Assembly: GCA_018221105.1 (NCBI GenBank)
Contig: JAAOYA010000010.1
Location: 62,001-126,000, forward strand
Reading direction: 5' to 3'
From: Candidatus Woesearchaeota archaeon
GTDB lineage: Archaea > Nanobdellota > Nanobdellia > Woesearchaeales > JAAOYA01
Length of the DNA stretch: 64,000 nt
Position numbers and translations under genes: made by a program. A model generated the notes under the pieces. The model had not been told where the DNA came from. It did not search any database and was given only the letters and a program-made list of their open reading frames with translations. This document shows, one piece after another, positions 30,657 to 40,307 of this stretch; the stretch's first letter is position 1, and each line of letters starts with the position of its first letter.

Positions 30657-31802
30657 TTAGAAAAATAAGTAGAATATATGCGCGATGCTTGCTAGAAAAA
30701 AAGCTATTTTTATGTTACTCGCAAAAAACAATGCTAACAATAAAACTAATACTCTACCAATAGCCACTGGAATTTCTCGAAATATAATAAACTCGTCAAT
30801 ATTGTTTTCGCGCGCTATTGCATAATTTATTGCAGTAAATGGTATTAGCACTAAAAACATAAAAAAACCAGCCATGATAGTAACTAAATAAACAGTAGTA
30901 TCTGATTGTACGAAAAATCTTGCAATCCACATAAGAAGCATTAATATTGCTCCAATCTTAATGATTGTTAAACGTTTGAATTTGTCTGATAATTTTCCAA
31001 CGAGCAAGGTAAAAAATACTGTTCCAACGCCAAGCAATGTTCCCATAATACCAACACTTAACGTGCTAGCAAGCAAAAAGTACACCACCATAGGCCAAAT
31101 TACTGCTTCCGTAATACCATTAAGATGGTTTATGGCAACTCCAAAAAAGACTTTTGGATATTTTTTGAACAGTTTGATGCCCTCACTAAAACGAAATTCA
31201 ACGTGAGGTTTTATTTCTTTAGAAAAAAATAATGGTATTATCGAGACTACTAATAAAATCATTGCAACAATAAACAATGTGTTAAAGCCAGCCATTAATG
31301 TTATAATGCCACCGATTAATGGTGCTATCATGCTGGCAATTCTTGGAAAGGAATAAAGTTTTCCAACATCACTGCTCATGCTTTTCTTGTTAGCACTTCT
31401 TGCAAAAAGTGAGTGTAGTGGAATCCAATAAATTGTTGTTTGAAATCCACCAATAACAGCAATTAACAATATTGGAATTGCAAAACTATCAAGAGAGTAT
31501 AACATTAACAAAAAAACCAGCATAAAAGGAAAACGCAAGAGCATAGTGTGCTTTAAGCCGTAACGAGAACTAATAAACCCCACAAGAAAAGAAGCAAATG
31601 GAACTGTTAGTGATTGAACAATAAAAAAAATTATTACTTGTGATACACTAAAGCCTAAAATTAACAAGTAAATTGGCACGAAAATACCAATGAGTGACAG
31701 CGCAAAACCATCAATTGCGTGCATCAAGTAAATCTCATTAAGTTGTTCTTTTAACAGTCTTAAATGATTGCCATGTCGCAGATGATGATTGCCAAAATCC
31801 AT
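30657..31802 (-). CDS. MFS transporter
   Basis: About 12 TM; GFISSRYGLK and GKLSDKFKR motif A. Confidence 0.88.
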   Translation of the reverse strand: MDFGNHHLRHGNHLRLLKEQLNEIYLMHAIDGFALSLIGIFVPIYLLILGFSVSQVIIFFIVQSLTVPFASFLVGFISSRYGLKHTMLLRFPFMLVFLLMLYSLDSFAIPILLIAVIGGFQTTIYWIPLHSLFARSANKKSMSSDVGKLYSFPRIASMIAPLIGGIITLMAGFNTLFIVAMILLVVSIIPLFFSKEIKPHVEFRFSEGIKLFKKYPKVFFGVAINHLNGITEAVIWPMVVYFLLASTLSVGIMGTLLGVGTVFFTLLVGKLSDKFKRLTIIKIGAILMLLMWIARFFVQSDTTVYLVTIMAGFFMFLVLIPFTAINYAIARENNIDEFIIFREIPVAIGRVLVLLLALFFASNIKIAFFLASIAHIFYLFF

Positions 31803-31881
31803 AATAAAAAAACAGTGCTTGTGTTATTTAAAACTTGTGTACAATGATAAATCTTTTAAACCATTAAAATAATAGTTTTTT

Positions 31882-33024
31882 ATGCTAAAAAGTGTTACCA
31901 AAGCTAAACTGAAAAATAAGCGTGTGTTGTTGCGCGTTGATTTTAATGTTCCACTAAAAAATGGGTTTGTTAGTGATGATTCTCGTATACACGCTGCAAT
32001 TCCTACAATCAAAACAATTCTAAAACAAAAGCCAGTACAACTTATTATTATGGCGCACTTAGGCAGGCCAGGCGGCAAAGTTGTTAGAGAATTGCGCATG
32101 GATCCTATTGCAAAACGTTTGGAGAAATTGCTAAAACAAAAAGTTGTAAAATTAGATGATTACACCACAAAAAAAGATGCTAAGAACAAGGTTTTGATGC
32201 TTGAAAATTTAAGGTTCTTTAAAGGTGAGGAAAAAAATGATGTTAAGTTTGCAAAAACACTTGCCAGTGTTGCAGATGTTTATGTCAATGACGCTTTTGG
32301 AGTGTGTCATCGAAAACACGCTAGCGTGCACGCCATCACTAAATATTTGCCATTATACGCTGGACTTCTATTGTTGTCTGAGATTGAACACTTGCAATTA
32401 AAAAAACCTGCCAGGCCTTTTATTGCATTGATTGGTGGGGCAAAAGTTAGTACTAAGATTCCTATGATTGAACAATTATTAAAAAAAGCTGACGCAGTGC
32501 TTGTTGGCGGAGCAATGATCTTCACATTTTATAGGGCAATGGGACTTTCCACTGGCAAGAGCATTGTAGAAAAAAAATATGTTTCTCTGGCCAAAAAAAT
32601 GCTTTTCAAGGCCAAGGGCAAGATTGTGCTGCCAACAGACATTGTTATAGCCTCAAAAGCTGTCAAAGGTGTTAAAACAAAAAATGTCAGTGTTGGTAAT
32701 ATTCCAAACAATATGATTGGACTTGATATTGGCAGCGAGTCAACACAAGTTTTTAATGAAATATTAAAGAGTGCTAAAACTGTTTTTTTTAATGGTCCTA
32801 TGGGTTTGTTTGAAGTCAAACCTTTCGATAAAGCAACTAACGAACTTGCTAAAACTATTGCTAATTCTAGAGCGAAGAGTATTGTTGGCGGCGGTGACAG
32901 CCTAGCAGCAATCAAAAAACTAAAACTAGAAAAAAAATTTTCTCACATTTCAACTGGTGGCGGAGCAAGTATTGCATTAATCGAAGGAAAAAAGCTTCCC
33001 GGAATTGAAGCTTTAAAACGTTAA
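31882..33024 (+). CDS. pgk: phosphoglycerate kinase
   Basis: RVDFNVP, HLGRP, LENLRF, NDAFG, GGGDS, STGGGAS. Confidence 0.97.
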   Translation: MLKSVTKAKLKNKRVLLRVDFNVPLKNGFVSDDSRIHAAIPTIKTILKQKPVQLIIMAHLGRPGGKVVRELRMDPIAKRLEKLLKQKVVKLDDYTTKKDAKNKVLMLENLRFFKGEEKNDVKFAKTLASVADVYVNDAFGVCHRKHASVHAITKYLPLYAGLLLLSEIEHLQLKKPARPFIALIGGAKVSTKIPMIEQLLKKADAVLVGGAMIFTFYRAMGLSTGKSIVEKKYVSLAKKMLFKAKGKIVLPTDIVIASKAVKGVKTKNVSVGNIPNNMIGLDIGSESTQVFNEILKSAKTVFFNGPMGLFEVKPFDKATNELAKTIANSRAKSIVGGGDSLAAIKKLKLEKKFSHISTGGGASIALIEGKKLPGIEALKR

Positions 33025-33058
33025 CTTTATAAAATAATAACTATTTCTTAGTAGTAAC

Positions 33059-33565
33059 ATGAGCTATTTAAGTGATGTTGGAAAAGTAAAATCTGAAGCA
33101 GAACGTAGAATCGTACAAACTTGTGGTTTGATTAAAGATCCTGCACTAGTTCTAAAACTTTATACTATGACAAGAGAATCGATAAGTTTTCCAGAACACC
33201 ATGGCGTTTTAAATGCCAGAAGATTGGTAGCTCGAGAAGTTATAAAAGGTAATGTCGATCCATTATCAGGTCTTGGTTTTGTAATATTTTCTGAAGGAAC
33301 AGCAAATATTGCGCGCTGGGACAAAGAAGAGTCATCAGTGTTAGTCAATCAAGCTTACGAATTTGACATTGAACACGGACAAGCAATAAACTGGCAACAG
33401 TTAGATATCGCAAAAGATGGTGCTTATTGCTCATTCGAATCGCAACTAGTAGCTCACGAAGCAAGAGCTTGGAATAAATTCTTACGATCAAGCAAAACAA
33501 GACGCAAATCAGAAAAGGCTAAACAAACTTACATAGATGACACATTGGAAGGTCTTATTAAATAG
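33059..33565 (+). CDS. hypothetical protein
   Basis: 168-aa ORF with upstream TATA. Confidence 0.6.
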   Translation: MSYLSDVGKVKSEAERRIVQTCGLIKDPALVLKLYTMTRESISFPEHHGVLNARRLVAREVIKGNVDPLSGLGFVIFSEGTANIARWDKEESSVLVNQAYEFDIEHGQAINWQQLDIAKDGAYCSFESQLVAHEARAWNKFLRSSKTRRKSEKAKQTYIDDTLEGLIK

Positions 33566-33567
33566 TT

Positions 33568-33999
33568 TTATTTTTCGCGTCTTAGGAAGTCTCCTCTGTC
33601 TATCAGGTTTGTTATTGTTCCGTCATTTTCGTATTTTCCTAAGCCTAGGTTTTCGTCTCGTTCGTTTTGTATTAGTACTGTTCCTTTTTTAGCTATTTTT
33701 TTTGTTATGCTTTCTGGTAAAATATTTCTACCGCACAAGAATAGCCATTCTGCTTTGTCGTTTACAAAGACTTTTGTATCAGAATCCTTTGCTATTATTT
33801 CTAGTAGTGCAAGTGATGCTTTGAAAAGGTCTTTTTTTTCTTCTCCTAGAAATAATCCCGCAGAGAATGGTTCTCTGTCAATTGAATCTATGATTTTTTG
33901 TTGCTGAGAATTTATTTGATAGTATTTTCTTCCTATTTTTGTGTGTTCAACTTTTTTTTCGCTTAGTTGTTTTGTGAATGTTTCTAGTTTGTTTGTCAT
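33568..33999 (-). CDS. NIP7/PUA-like ribosome biogenesis protein
   Basis: GLFLG, KAEWLFLCGRNIL, NERDENLGLG, DRGDFLR. Confidence 0.7.
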   Translation of the reverse strand: MTNKLETFTKQLSEKKVEHTKIGRKYYQINSQQQKIIDSIDREPFSAGLFLGEEKKDLFKASLALLEIIAKDSDTKVFVNDKAEWLFLCGRNILPESITKKIAKKGTVLIQNERDENLGLGKYENDGTITNLIDRGDFLRREK

Positions 34000-35263
34000 C
34001 TTCTTCTATTATTGTTTTGATGTTGGTGTTTTCTTCTATTAGTTCTTGTAATTTTTTTATTATTTCGCTGACATCAAAACGTTTTTTCTTTACTTGTAGG
34101 TCTTCTATTTGGTCTTTTAATTTATTAATTTTGGTGTTGTAGTGTTCTATTTTGTATTCTTCTTCTTTTAGTTCTTGTAATACTTTGTGAGAGTTGATGT
34201 CTCTCTCTAAAGCCAGAAGTTGTCGTTGGCTATTGTTTAGTTCTGTTAGCATTCTTGATAGTACTGCTGTGTCTAAATAGTCTATTGCGTGTAATGTTTT
34301 ATTTTTTATTTTGTCGTCTTTAAAATCTAGCTCTCTTCTTTCTATTGCTTTTTTGAAGTCTTTGAATACTTGTATTATTCTAAGGTGCAGGTCACTGACT
34401 AGTGCTCCTATCGAGTCTTCTAAGTAATTATTTATTAGTTCTTTGTGTACTGATTGATGTGCGTACTTGCGTAGTGATTTGTCTATTGCGGTGAAGTTTT
34501 CGCGAATGTGATTTTTGGCTCTTTTTTCATCTTCTGCTAGCTTGTCACGTTTTTTGTATGTTTCTTCTAGTTCTTGATATGTGTTGGAGTGTTTTAATCG
34601 TTGTACGCGTCCCAGGGCCGCTCTTTTGTCGCTTTCTAGTTCGCTTACTTGTTCTTGTAGTGCGTGGCTTTGATCATCTTGGCCTCCTATTAATTCTCTT
34701 CTTTTGTTTAGTTCATCATGTAATAGTTTTATTTGCTGTCGTGTTTTATGACTGCTTTTCTCAATTGTTTCTTTTATTTGTGCTGTTGCGTCAACGATTT
34801 TTTTTATTTCTATGTTGGTATCGCGCAGCTCGTGTGAAAAAAACTCGTTTATTACTTGTTTGCTTTTATTTGTTGATTGTGTGTAATCTGCTAATCGTTC
34901 TTCAAAATTAGTTATGAACTCTTCTATTGCATCAAATTCTAATGGTGGCAATGCTGTTCTTGTTGAGAACTCTCGTGTTTTTGTGTTGTAGTGTTCTATG
35001 CTTCCTTCTAGTATGTGTTTTGCTTTTGGTGGTATGTTAGGATTTTTTAGTTTTGAATTTTCTAGATTGTCAAGTTTTTTTTGTAGTTCAACTTCAGCTT
35101 TGGTAATTGAATCTAATTGTTTTTGTATTGTTTTTTGCGTGTTTTCACTGTCATTTTTTGTTTTTTTGTCAAACCAGTCTAGAACTTGACTGAATGTAAT
35201 ATTTTCTATTTTTGGCTCTTGTGGTGCTTTATGTTTTTGTAATAATTTTTTGATAAAACGCAT
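33947..35263 (-). CDS. coiled-coil hypothetical protein
   Basis: Long heptad-rich K/E/Q helical ORF. Confidence 0.65.
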   Translation of the reverse strand: MRFIKKLLQKHKAPQEPKIENITFSQVLDWFDKKTKNDSENTQKTIQKQLDSITKAEVELQKKLDNLENSKLKNPNIPPKAKHILEGSIEHYNTKTREFSTRTALPPLEFDAIEEFITNFEERLADYTQSTNKSKQVINEFFSHELRDTNIEIKKIVDATAQIKETIEKSSHKTRQQIKLLHDELNKRRELIGGQDDQSHALQEQVSELESDKRAALGRVQRLKHSNTYQELEETYKKRDKLAEDEKRAKNHIRENFTAIDKSLRKYAHQSVHKELINNYLEDSIGALVSDLHLRIIQVFKDFKKAIERRELDFKDDKIKNKTLHAIDYLDTAVLSRMLTELNNSQRQLLALERDINSHKVLQELKEEEYKIEHYNTKINKLKDQIEDLQVKKKRFDVSEIIKKLQELIEENTNIKTIIEEDDKQTRNIHKTTKRKKS

Positions 35264-35325
35264 TTTATTGACTAATTATTGATTGTTTAAAAAGTTTTTT
35301 AAAAAACAGTGCTTTTGACTATGTT

Positions 35326-35631
35326 ATGTTGTGGCGTAAAAAGCTTAAGGATAGAGAAAAAAAGCAGGCTTTAGCAGATGTTAATGCTTTATTTGATAAA
35401 GCATTAGAGGTTCATAGTGCTAATCCCACAAAAGCTGATGATTTGGTGCGCAAGGCCAGGCGAATGGCTATGAAGCATCAAATAAAACTTAAATCATCAC
35501 AGAAGCGCTTATTTTGCAAGCATTGCTATAAACTGTTAGTTCCTTCTAAGAATTCTCGCATTAGAATCACTAAGGGTAAACTGGTGCAATATTGTGATAG
35601 TTGTAAGAAGTTTAGACGTCGACCCCTTTAA
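35326..35631 (+). CDS. rnp4: RNase P protein subunit Rpp21
   Basis: ARRMAMK, KRLFCKHC..LLVP, CDSC..RRRP. Confidence 0.92.
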   Translation: MLWRKKLKDREKKQALADVNALFDKALEVHSANPTKADDLVRKARRMAMKHQIKLKSSQKRLFCKHCYKLLVPSKNSRIRITKGKLVQYCDSCKKFRRRPL

Positions 35632-35885
35632 TATTCTACTATTCTAAAACTGTCAGGCTCTGATGGGTCGTCATCATCGTCTGTTGTGTCCTGATCATCT
35701 GAAGAGCTTGTTGTGGTGTTGTCTTGGTCAAACATGTTAAAAAGTCCTGAGTCTTGCGCGGGTACACTATAATCGTCACCTAAACCACTATTTTCGTTTT
35801 TAGCGCCTGCTAATTCTAAAAGAAATTTGCCTAGTTTTTCTAGGCTTTCTTTGCTTTCCTTGTCTGTCTCTATTATGATTTGCAT
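35628..35885 (-). CDS. small acidic hypothetical protein
   Basis: 85-aa ORF with GLFNMFD and acidic tail. Confidence 0.6.
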   Translation of the reverse strand: MQIIIETDKESKESLEKLGKFLLELAGAKNENSGLGDDYSVPAQDSGLFNMFDQDNTTTSSSDDQDTTDDDDDPSEPDSFRIVEY

Positions 35886-35916
35886 TGAAAACTTATTGTT
35901 GTAATGGTTTTTATAG

Positions 35917-36300
35917 TTAACGATTCCAATAGTATAATCGTATTTTTATGATGTCTATCTCTGTGTAATTGCCTGCTATGATTATTGAATCTATTTTGAC
36001 ATTAGTGTTTGGCAGGTTTGCTGGAATAGTAGAATCTGTTATTGTTGTAATGTTTATTGTGTAATTGTAATTTGTTGGCATTGTAGTGTTTACAAACTCG
36101 TTTAAGCATGTGATGTTGTTTTGGTGTGCACAATTTCTAAATTTTGTGTTATGCTCGTAAAATTGTAGTATTTCAAGGTTTTTTGTTGTTGGTTTTTGTG
36201 GTTTGTAGCCGCTCATCACAAATGTTATAAAAATAAAACTAAGAAGTATTGCTATTAGTACTTCGAAGGTTTTCAAAAATGCTTTTTTGTTTTTTACCAT
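35917..36300 (-). CDS. pilin-like protein (class III signal peptide)
   Basis: MVKNKKA|FLKTFEVLIAILL; many N-x-S/T sequons. Confidence 0.55.
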   Translation of the reverse strand: MVKNKKAFLKTFEVLIAILLSFIFITFVMSGYKPQKPTTKNLEILQFYEHNTKFRNCAHQNNITCLNEFVNTTMPTNYNYTINITTITDSTIPANLPNTNVKIDSIIIAGNYTEIDIIKIRLYYWNR

Positions 36301-37553
36301 ATTTTTATTATTGTAGTGCAAGACTCTATTGTTCCATTAGCAGCTATTAGGTTGCAGTTTGCTTGGCGTACGCTAACGTCTTGAGCTTGTGGTGTTGTGG
36401 GCGTATATTTGATTATTTGCTCGCCTTGTGAGTTGTCTACTGTTATTGCAAAATGTTTTTGCTGTGGGTAAGTCCAAGAGTTTTTGACGCTTGTATAATC
36501 ACTGTTGTTAAAAATTGTTAGTTGTGTTGTTGAGAGTCCTGACAGGGTTTGTGAAGCTCCGTACTCTTGTGTTGGCTTGTCTTTAAGACTGACTGTTTGC
36601 AAGTGATTGCCAGAGTGTAAAACAATTAATAATTCTAGACTTCTTGTCAGGTTTGTTGTTATGCTAATTGTCAAATCATTATTTTCAGTGCATAGTTCGA
36701 TGTTTGCTTGCTCGCTTAGTATTAGTGATATTGCAGTACTGCCATCGTAGAGGTTTAAATAGTCCCAATTGAAGTTTTGGCAATTATCAAAATCATAGTT
36801 TAATGCTGCGCTCTGTGATGGGTTAGCCCAATATGTTGAATAATTGTATGTGTTAAAAGTAACTTTTATTGTTTTGTCACTAATGCCGGTGCTTATGTTG
36901 TTGTATAATCGTTTTTTTGTAGCATAAACTAAAGTTTGATGTTTATTTTCACTGTTTTGCATGCTGTGGCGCGAGTGCATAAAACTATTATTGTATGATT
37001 GTGTTAGTCCACTTTGAGTTGATAGTTCGTTGTTGTTAATGTATACTTCGTATTGTACTAGTCTTGTTTGGTCGTCGTAGCGAACACGATTTAATAGTCC
37101 GTTAACATATTCAATTTTTAGATCATTTAGTGTGGTGCTAGTGTTTGATGATACTAAATCTAGGACTGCAGTATTCTCAAAGCAAGTTGTTGTATCTTCA
37201 ACTATTAATTGCATGTTAGTGCCAACTACCAAGTCCGGAATTAGGAGTAATTGATTGTCATCGATTGCACAATAAGTGTTTTTTAGTGTTAGTGTTTTGG
37301 AAAAATTATCTTGTAAGCTAATCTTTAATGGTTCTTTTGTTGCACTGTAATCGCTTTTAATAAATAATGGTGTTTGCGTTATGCTATCACTATTATCAAT
37401 AAAAAAGTTTCTTTCTATGACATCTAATAATAATTGATTGTTTTGATTGGTCTCGCCTATTGGTTGTATGAAAAAAAAGAACCACGTGATGTACAACAAA
37501 AATAGTGCTAGGCTTATAGCCCAATCTGCTTGTCCAAAGCCTTTCTTGTTCAT
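36294..37553 (-). CDS. class III signal peptide surface protein
   Basis: MNKKG|FGQADWAISLALFLL; beta-rich, many sequons. Confidence 0.6.
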   Translation of the reverse strand: MNKKGFGQADWAISLALFLLYITWFFFFIQPIGETNQNNQLLLDVIERNFFIDNSDSITQTPLFIKSDYSATKEPLKISLQDNFSKTLTLKNTYCAIDDNQLLLIPDLVVGTNMQLIVEDTTTCFENTAVLDLVSSNTSTTLNDLKIEYVNGLLNRVRYDDQTRLVQYEVYINNNELSTQSGLTQSYNNSFMHSRHSMQNSENKHQTLVYATKKRLYNNISTGISDKTIKVTFNTYNYSTYWANPSQSAALNYDFDNCQNFNWDYLNLYDGSTAISLILSEQANIELCTENNDLTISITTNLTRSLELLIVLHSGNHLQTVSLKDKPTQEYGASQTLSGLSTTQLTIFNNSDYTSVKNSWTYPQQKHFAITVDNSQGEQIIKYTPTTPQAQDVSVRQANCNLIAANGTIESCTTIIKIW

Positions 37554-37592
37554 ATTATTGTTTTAGAAGTTAGTGTTTTTTAATGTTTCGCG

Positions 37593-37907
37593 TTATTTTT
37601 TTTCAAAGCGATCTTTGTCGCGACCGTAGACTTTGTCCATGACTTTTTTGAATCCTTTGTCTAAATCTAGATTTAGTGAGTTTGCCATGCATGCAACAGT
37701 AAATATTATGTCTGCTAACTCGTCTTCTATATCGTTCAATTCTTCTGTGCTTTTTTTTGGTTTTGGTCCGAATCGATGGTTGACTTCTCGTGCTAGTTCT
37801 CCGACTTCTTCTGCTAAACGCGCTATTATCTCGTGCGGCTTCCAATAACCTATTTTGTACTGGTTGACCCACTCGTCAACTTCTTCTTGTATTTCTTTTA
37901 AGCTCAT
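37593..37907 (-). CDS. MazG-like nucleotide pyrophosphohydrolase
   Basis: LAEEVGELAREV, EDELADIIF. Confidence 0.9.
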   Translation of the reverse strand: MSLKEIQEEVDEWVNQYKIGYWKPHEIIARLAEEVGELAREVNHRFGPKPKKSTEELNDIEDELADIIFTVACMANSLNLDLDKGFKKVMDKVYGRDKDRFEKK

Positions 37908-37939
37908 TTTAGTCTTTTTTGTTGTGTTATATAAAAATA

Positions 37940-39136
37940 TTATGTTGTAATCACTAAATCATATAGTGCTAAAAATACTGCTTGAGTCCAATGAAGATTT
38001 TTTTGGTGACTATAACGCGGGTCATCAATCTTTTTTTTATTTTTAACAATGGAATATTTTTCTTCAAAATAATTTTTTTGTAAAAAGTTTTCAGAGCATA
38101 AGTATAACCATTTTGTAGCAATTCTTTTTGCATCATCAATAAATCCATAATTTAATAGTCCTTTTATTACAAGATAGTGTAATGGAGCCCAGCCGTTTGG
38201 ATAGTTCCATTGTTTGCTTTTTGCTCCATAGTTTTGATCTGTTGTTGACAACCCAAATTCATGTTCGAAAAGTTTTAGATTACTGACTAGCTTTTTGGCT
38301 TGGTGTTGCGAGGCAGTTTTTGTCCATAATGGCACAAAAGAGGCTAAGGTTTTAGTTTTTAGTTTTTTATTTGATTCAAAACAGTAATCAAAGAATAAAC
38401 CATTTTTTTCATCCCACAAGTATTTGTTTATTAGTTCAATTCTCTTTTTTGATTTTTCTTCCCAATTTATTTCTTTTTTTAAACCCAGAATTTTTGAAAT
38501 TTTTGATAGGTCTTTTTCGTATTTGTTTAGAAAACAGTTCAAGTCAATTGGGCAAACAATGTGTGCTTTGTTTTCAAATCGTGGTGTTAAATCCCATCCT
38601 GATTCGTTTTCAGCGTCTTCTGATTCTCCATTATAATGTGTTAAATCGTAGTATCTTGAAAGATTTGTTATTGTCAAATGATGTTTTGTGGTCCAATACT
38701 CGTATTCTTTTTTTGTTGTATCATACGCTTTTTTTAACCATTTTTTATCATTTGATAGATTATAGTATGTTAGTATCATTTCTGTAAGTAGTGGTGGTTG
38801 TGATCGTGTATCATTTCTGTTAAAACTATTTGGAATGAATCCTAATTGTTCAAACATGAAAAAGAAGTTTTCGATCATGTTTTTGATTGTTTTTAAATCA
38901 TTTTCTTGTTCTAATCCTTTTATTATGAACATGCTATCCCAATAAAATTGTGTTTTAAAGGATAATATTTTATCTTTTGGGTACTTGTTTTCTTCACCAT
39001 CTTTTCTTATAAGAATGTCAGAGCTTGCTGGTATAAAATTATGGGGTAATTCTTGAATTTTTAGTGAGAAAGAATTTAATGGTTTAAGTTTTTGTTTAGC
39101 TGTTATAATTTTTTCGATTCTATTTTTTGATTGCAT
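37940..39136 (-). CDS. GH37 trehalase-family glycosidase (diverged)
   Basis: FYWDS, RSQPPLL, ESGWD..PRF, PIDLN, QWNYPNGWAPL, EKY. Confidence 0.85.
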   Translation of the reverse strand: MQSKNRIEKIITAKQKLKPLNSFSLKIQELPHNFIPASSDILIRKDGEENKYPKDKILSFKTQFYWDSMFIIKGLEQENDLKTIKNMIENFFFMFEQLGFIPNSFNRNDTRSQPPLLTEMILTYYNLSNDKKWLKKAYDTTKKEYEYWTTKHHLTITNLSRYYDLTHYNGESEDAENESGWDLTPRFENKAHIVCPIDLNCFLNKYEKDLSKISKILGLKKEINWEEKSKKRIELINKYLWDEKNGLFFDYCFESNKKLKTKTLASFVPLWTKTASQHQAKKLVSNLKLFEHEFGLSTTDQNYGAKSKQWNYPNGWAPLHYLVIKGLLNYGFIDDAKRIATKWLYLCSENFLQKNYFEEKYSIVKNKKKIDDPRYSHQKNLHWTQAVFLALYDLVITT

Positions 39137-39185
39137 GTTTGTAAAACAAAATATTATTATAAAAATGTTTGGTAAAGTACGATAT

Positions 39186-39974
39186 TCACAAAAATAGTTT
39201 TTGTGTGTTGTTGTAGATGTTTAAAGAGACTTCTTTTTCGTCTAAACCTTTAAGCTCTGCGATTTTTTTTATTGTTGTTTGTACTTGCCATGGTTCGTTT
39301 CTTTGGTCTTTTATTGGGCATAGGTATGGCGCGTCTGTTTCTGTTAGTAATTTTGTTATTGGTGCTTCGTTTATTATTGAGTGAAAGTGTAGTGCGCGCT
39401 CGACGTTTGTTGGGATGGTGAAATACCAACCGTTATCAATTATTCTTTTATTATACTTTTTTTTGCCTGAAAAACAGTGCATTATAACGTTTTTTGCGCT
39501 TGCGCTCTCTAGTGTTTCTATGGTGTCTAATTCTGCTTTTCTGGAGTGTACTATCATTGGCTTTTTGATTTTTTGGCTTAGCGAAATAATTTTGTTGAAG
39601 ACGTTTATCATTTCTTTTTGTTTGTCTTTGACCCAATAATAGTCTAGTCCAACTTCTCCTAATGCTACAATATTATCTTTTTGTGATTTGATAAATTCTA
39701 GTTCTTCTTCCACGTTTACTGGTGTTGTTGTCCTGCTAAAACCTGAAGATTCTCCTTCACAGTTCAAAGCGTCTATTGGGTATAGTCCTAGTGCTGCTTT
39801 TACTATTTCATACTTTTTTGTAATTTGTAGAACTTGTCTGTTTGATGGTGGGTTGACACCGTTTGCAATGATTAATTTTAATCCTTTGTCAATGCTTCTT
39901 TTAATGACATCATCTAAGTCAGTAGTGTATTGTTTGTGGTCTAAGTGTGCGTGAACGTCCACTAATGGATTCAT
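39186..39974 (-). CDS. tatD: TatD family nuclease
   Basis: DVHAHL, GEVGLDY, HSR, HCFSG, ETDAPY. Confidence 0.93.
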   Translation of the reverse strand: MNPLVDVHAHLDHKQYTTDLDDVIKRSIDKGLKLIIANGVNPPSNRQVLQITKKYEIVKAALGLYPIDALNCEGESSGFSRTTTPVNVEEELEFIKSQKDNIVALGEVGLDYYWVKDKQKEMINVFNKIISLSQKIKKPMIVHSRKAELDTIETLESASAKNVIMHCFSGKKKYNKRIIDNGWYFTIPTNVERALHFHSIINEAPITKLLTETDAPYLCPIKDQRNEPWQVQTTIKKIAELKGLDEKEVSLNIYNNTQKLFL

Positions 39975-39975
39975 T

Positions 39976-40224
39976 TTACTTGTTTAGCAGATCTTCTATT
40001 GGCTTGTAATCTTCTGGTTTTTTGTCTGCTGGCGTTTCTTGTTGTGCTTGTGCTACCAGGTCCACTCCCATGTCTTTTAGTGCTTTTAAGTGCATTTGCA
40101 TTAATTGCTCGCAAATATTGACTATTCTTAGCATTTCCTCGCGCTCTTTTGCTAAAGTTGAGAATGCTCCTTTGTGAAATCCTACTTGCTCGTCTTTTGA
40201 CGTGTTTGGTTGCTCTTGTGTCAT
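39976..40224 (-). CDS. hypothetical protein
   Basis: EQVGFHKGA..TL.KER helical ORF with GGTGA upstream. Confidence 0.65.
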   Translation of the reverse strand: MTQEQPNTSKDEQVGFHKGAFSTLAKEREEMLRIVNICEQLMQMHLKALKDMGVDLVAQAQQETPADKKPEDYKPIEDLLNK

Positions 40225-40307
40225 AATATCACCTGTTCTCGATGAAATCGTGTTTATATTTAAAGCTAATCAATAATTTTTTATAACTTTCAATATTTCC
40301 TAGTCTT

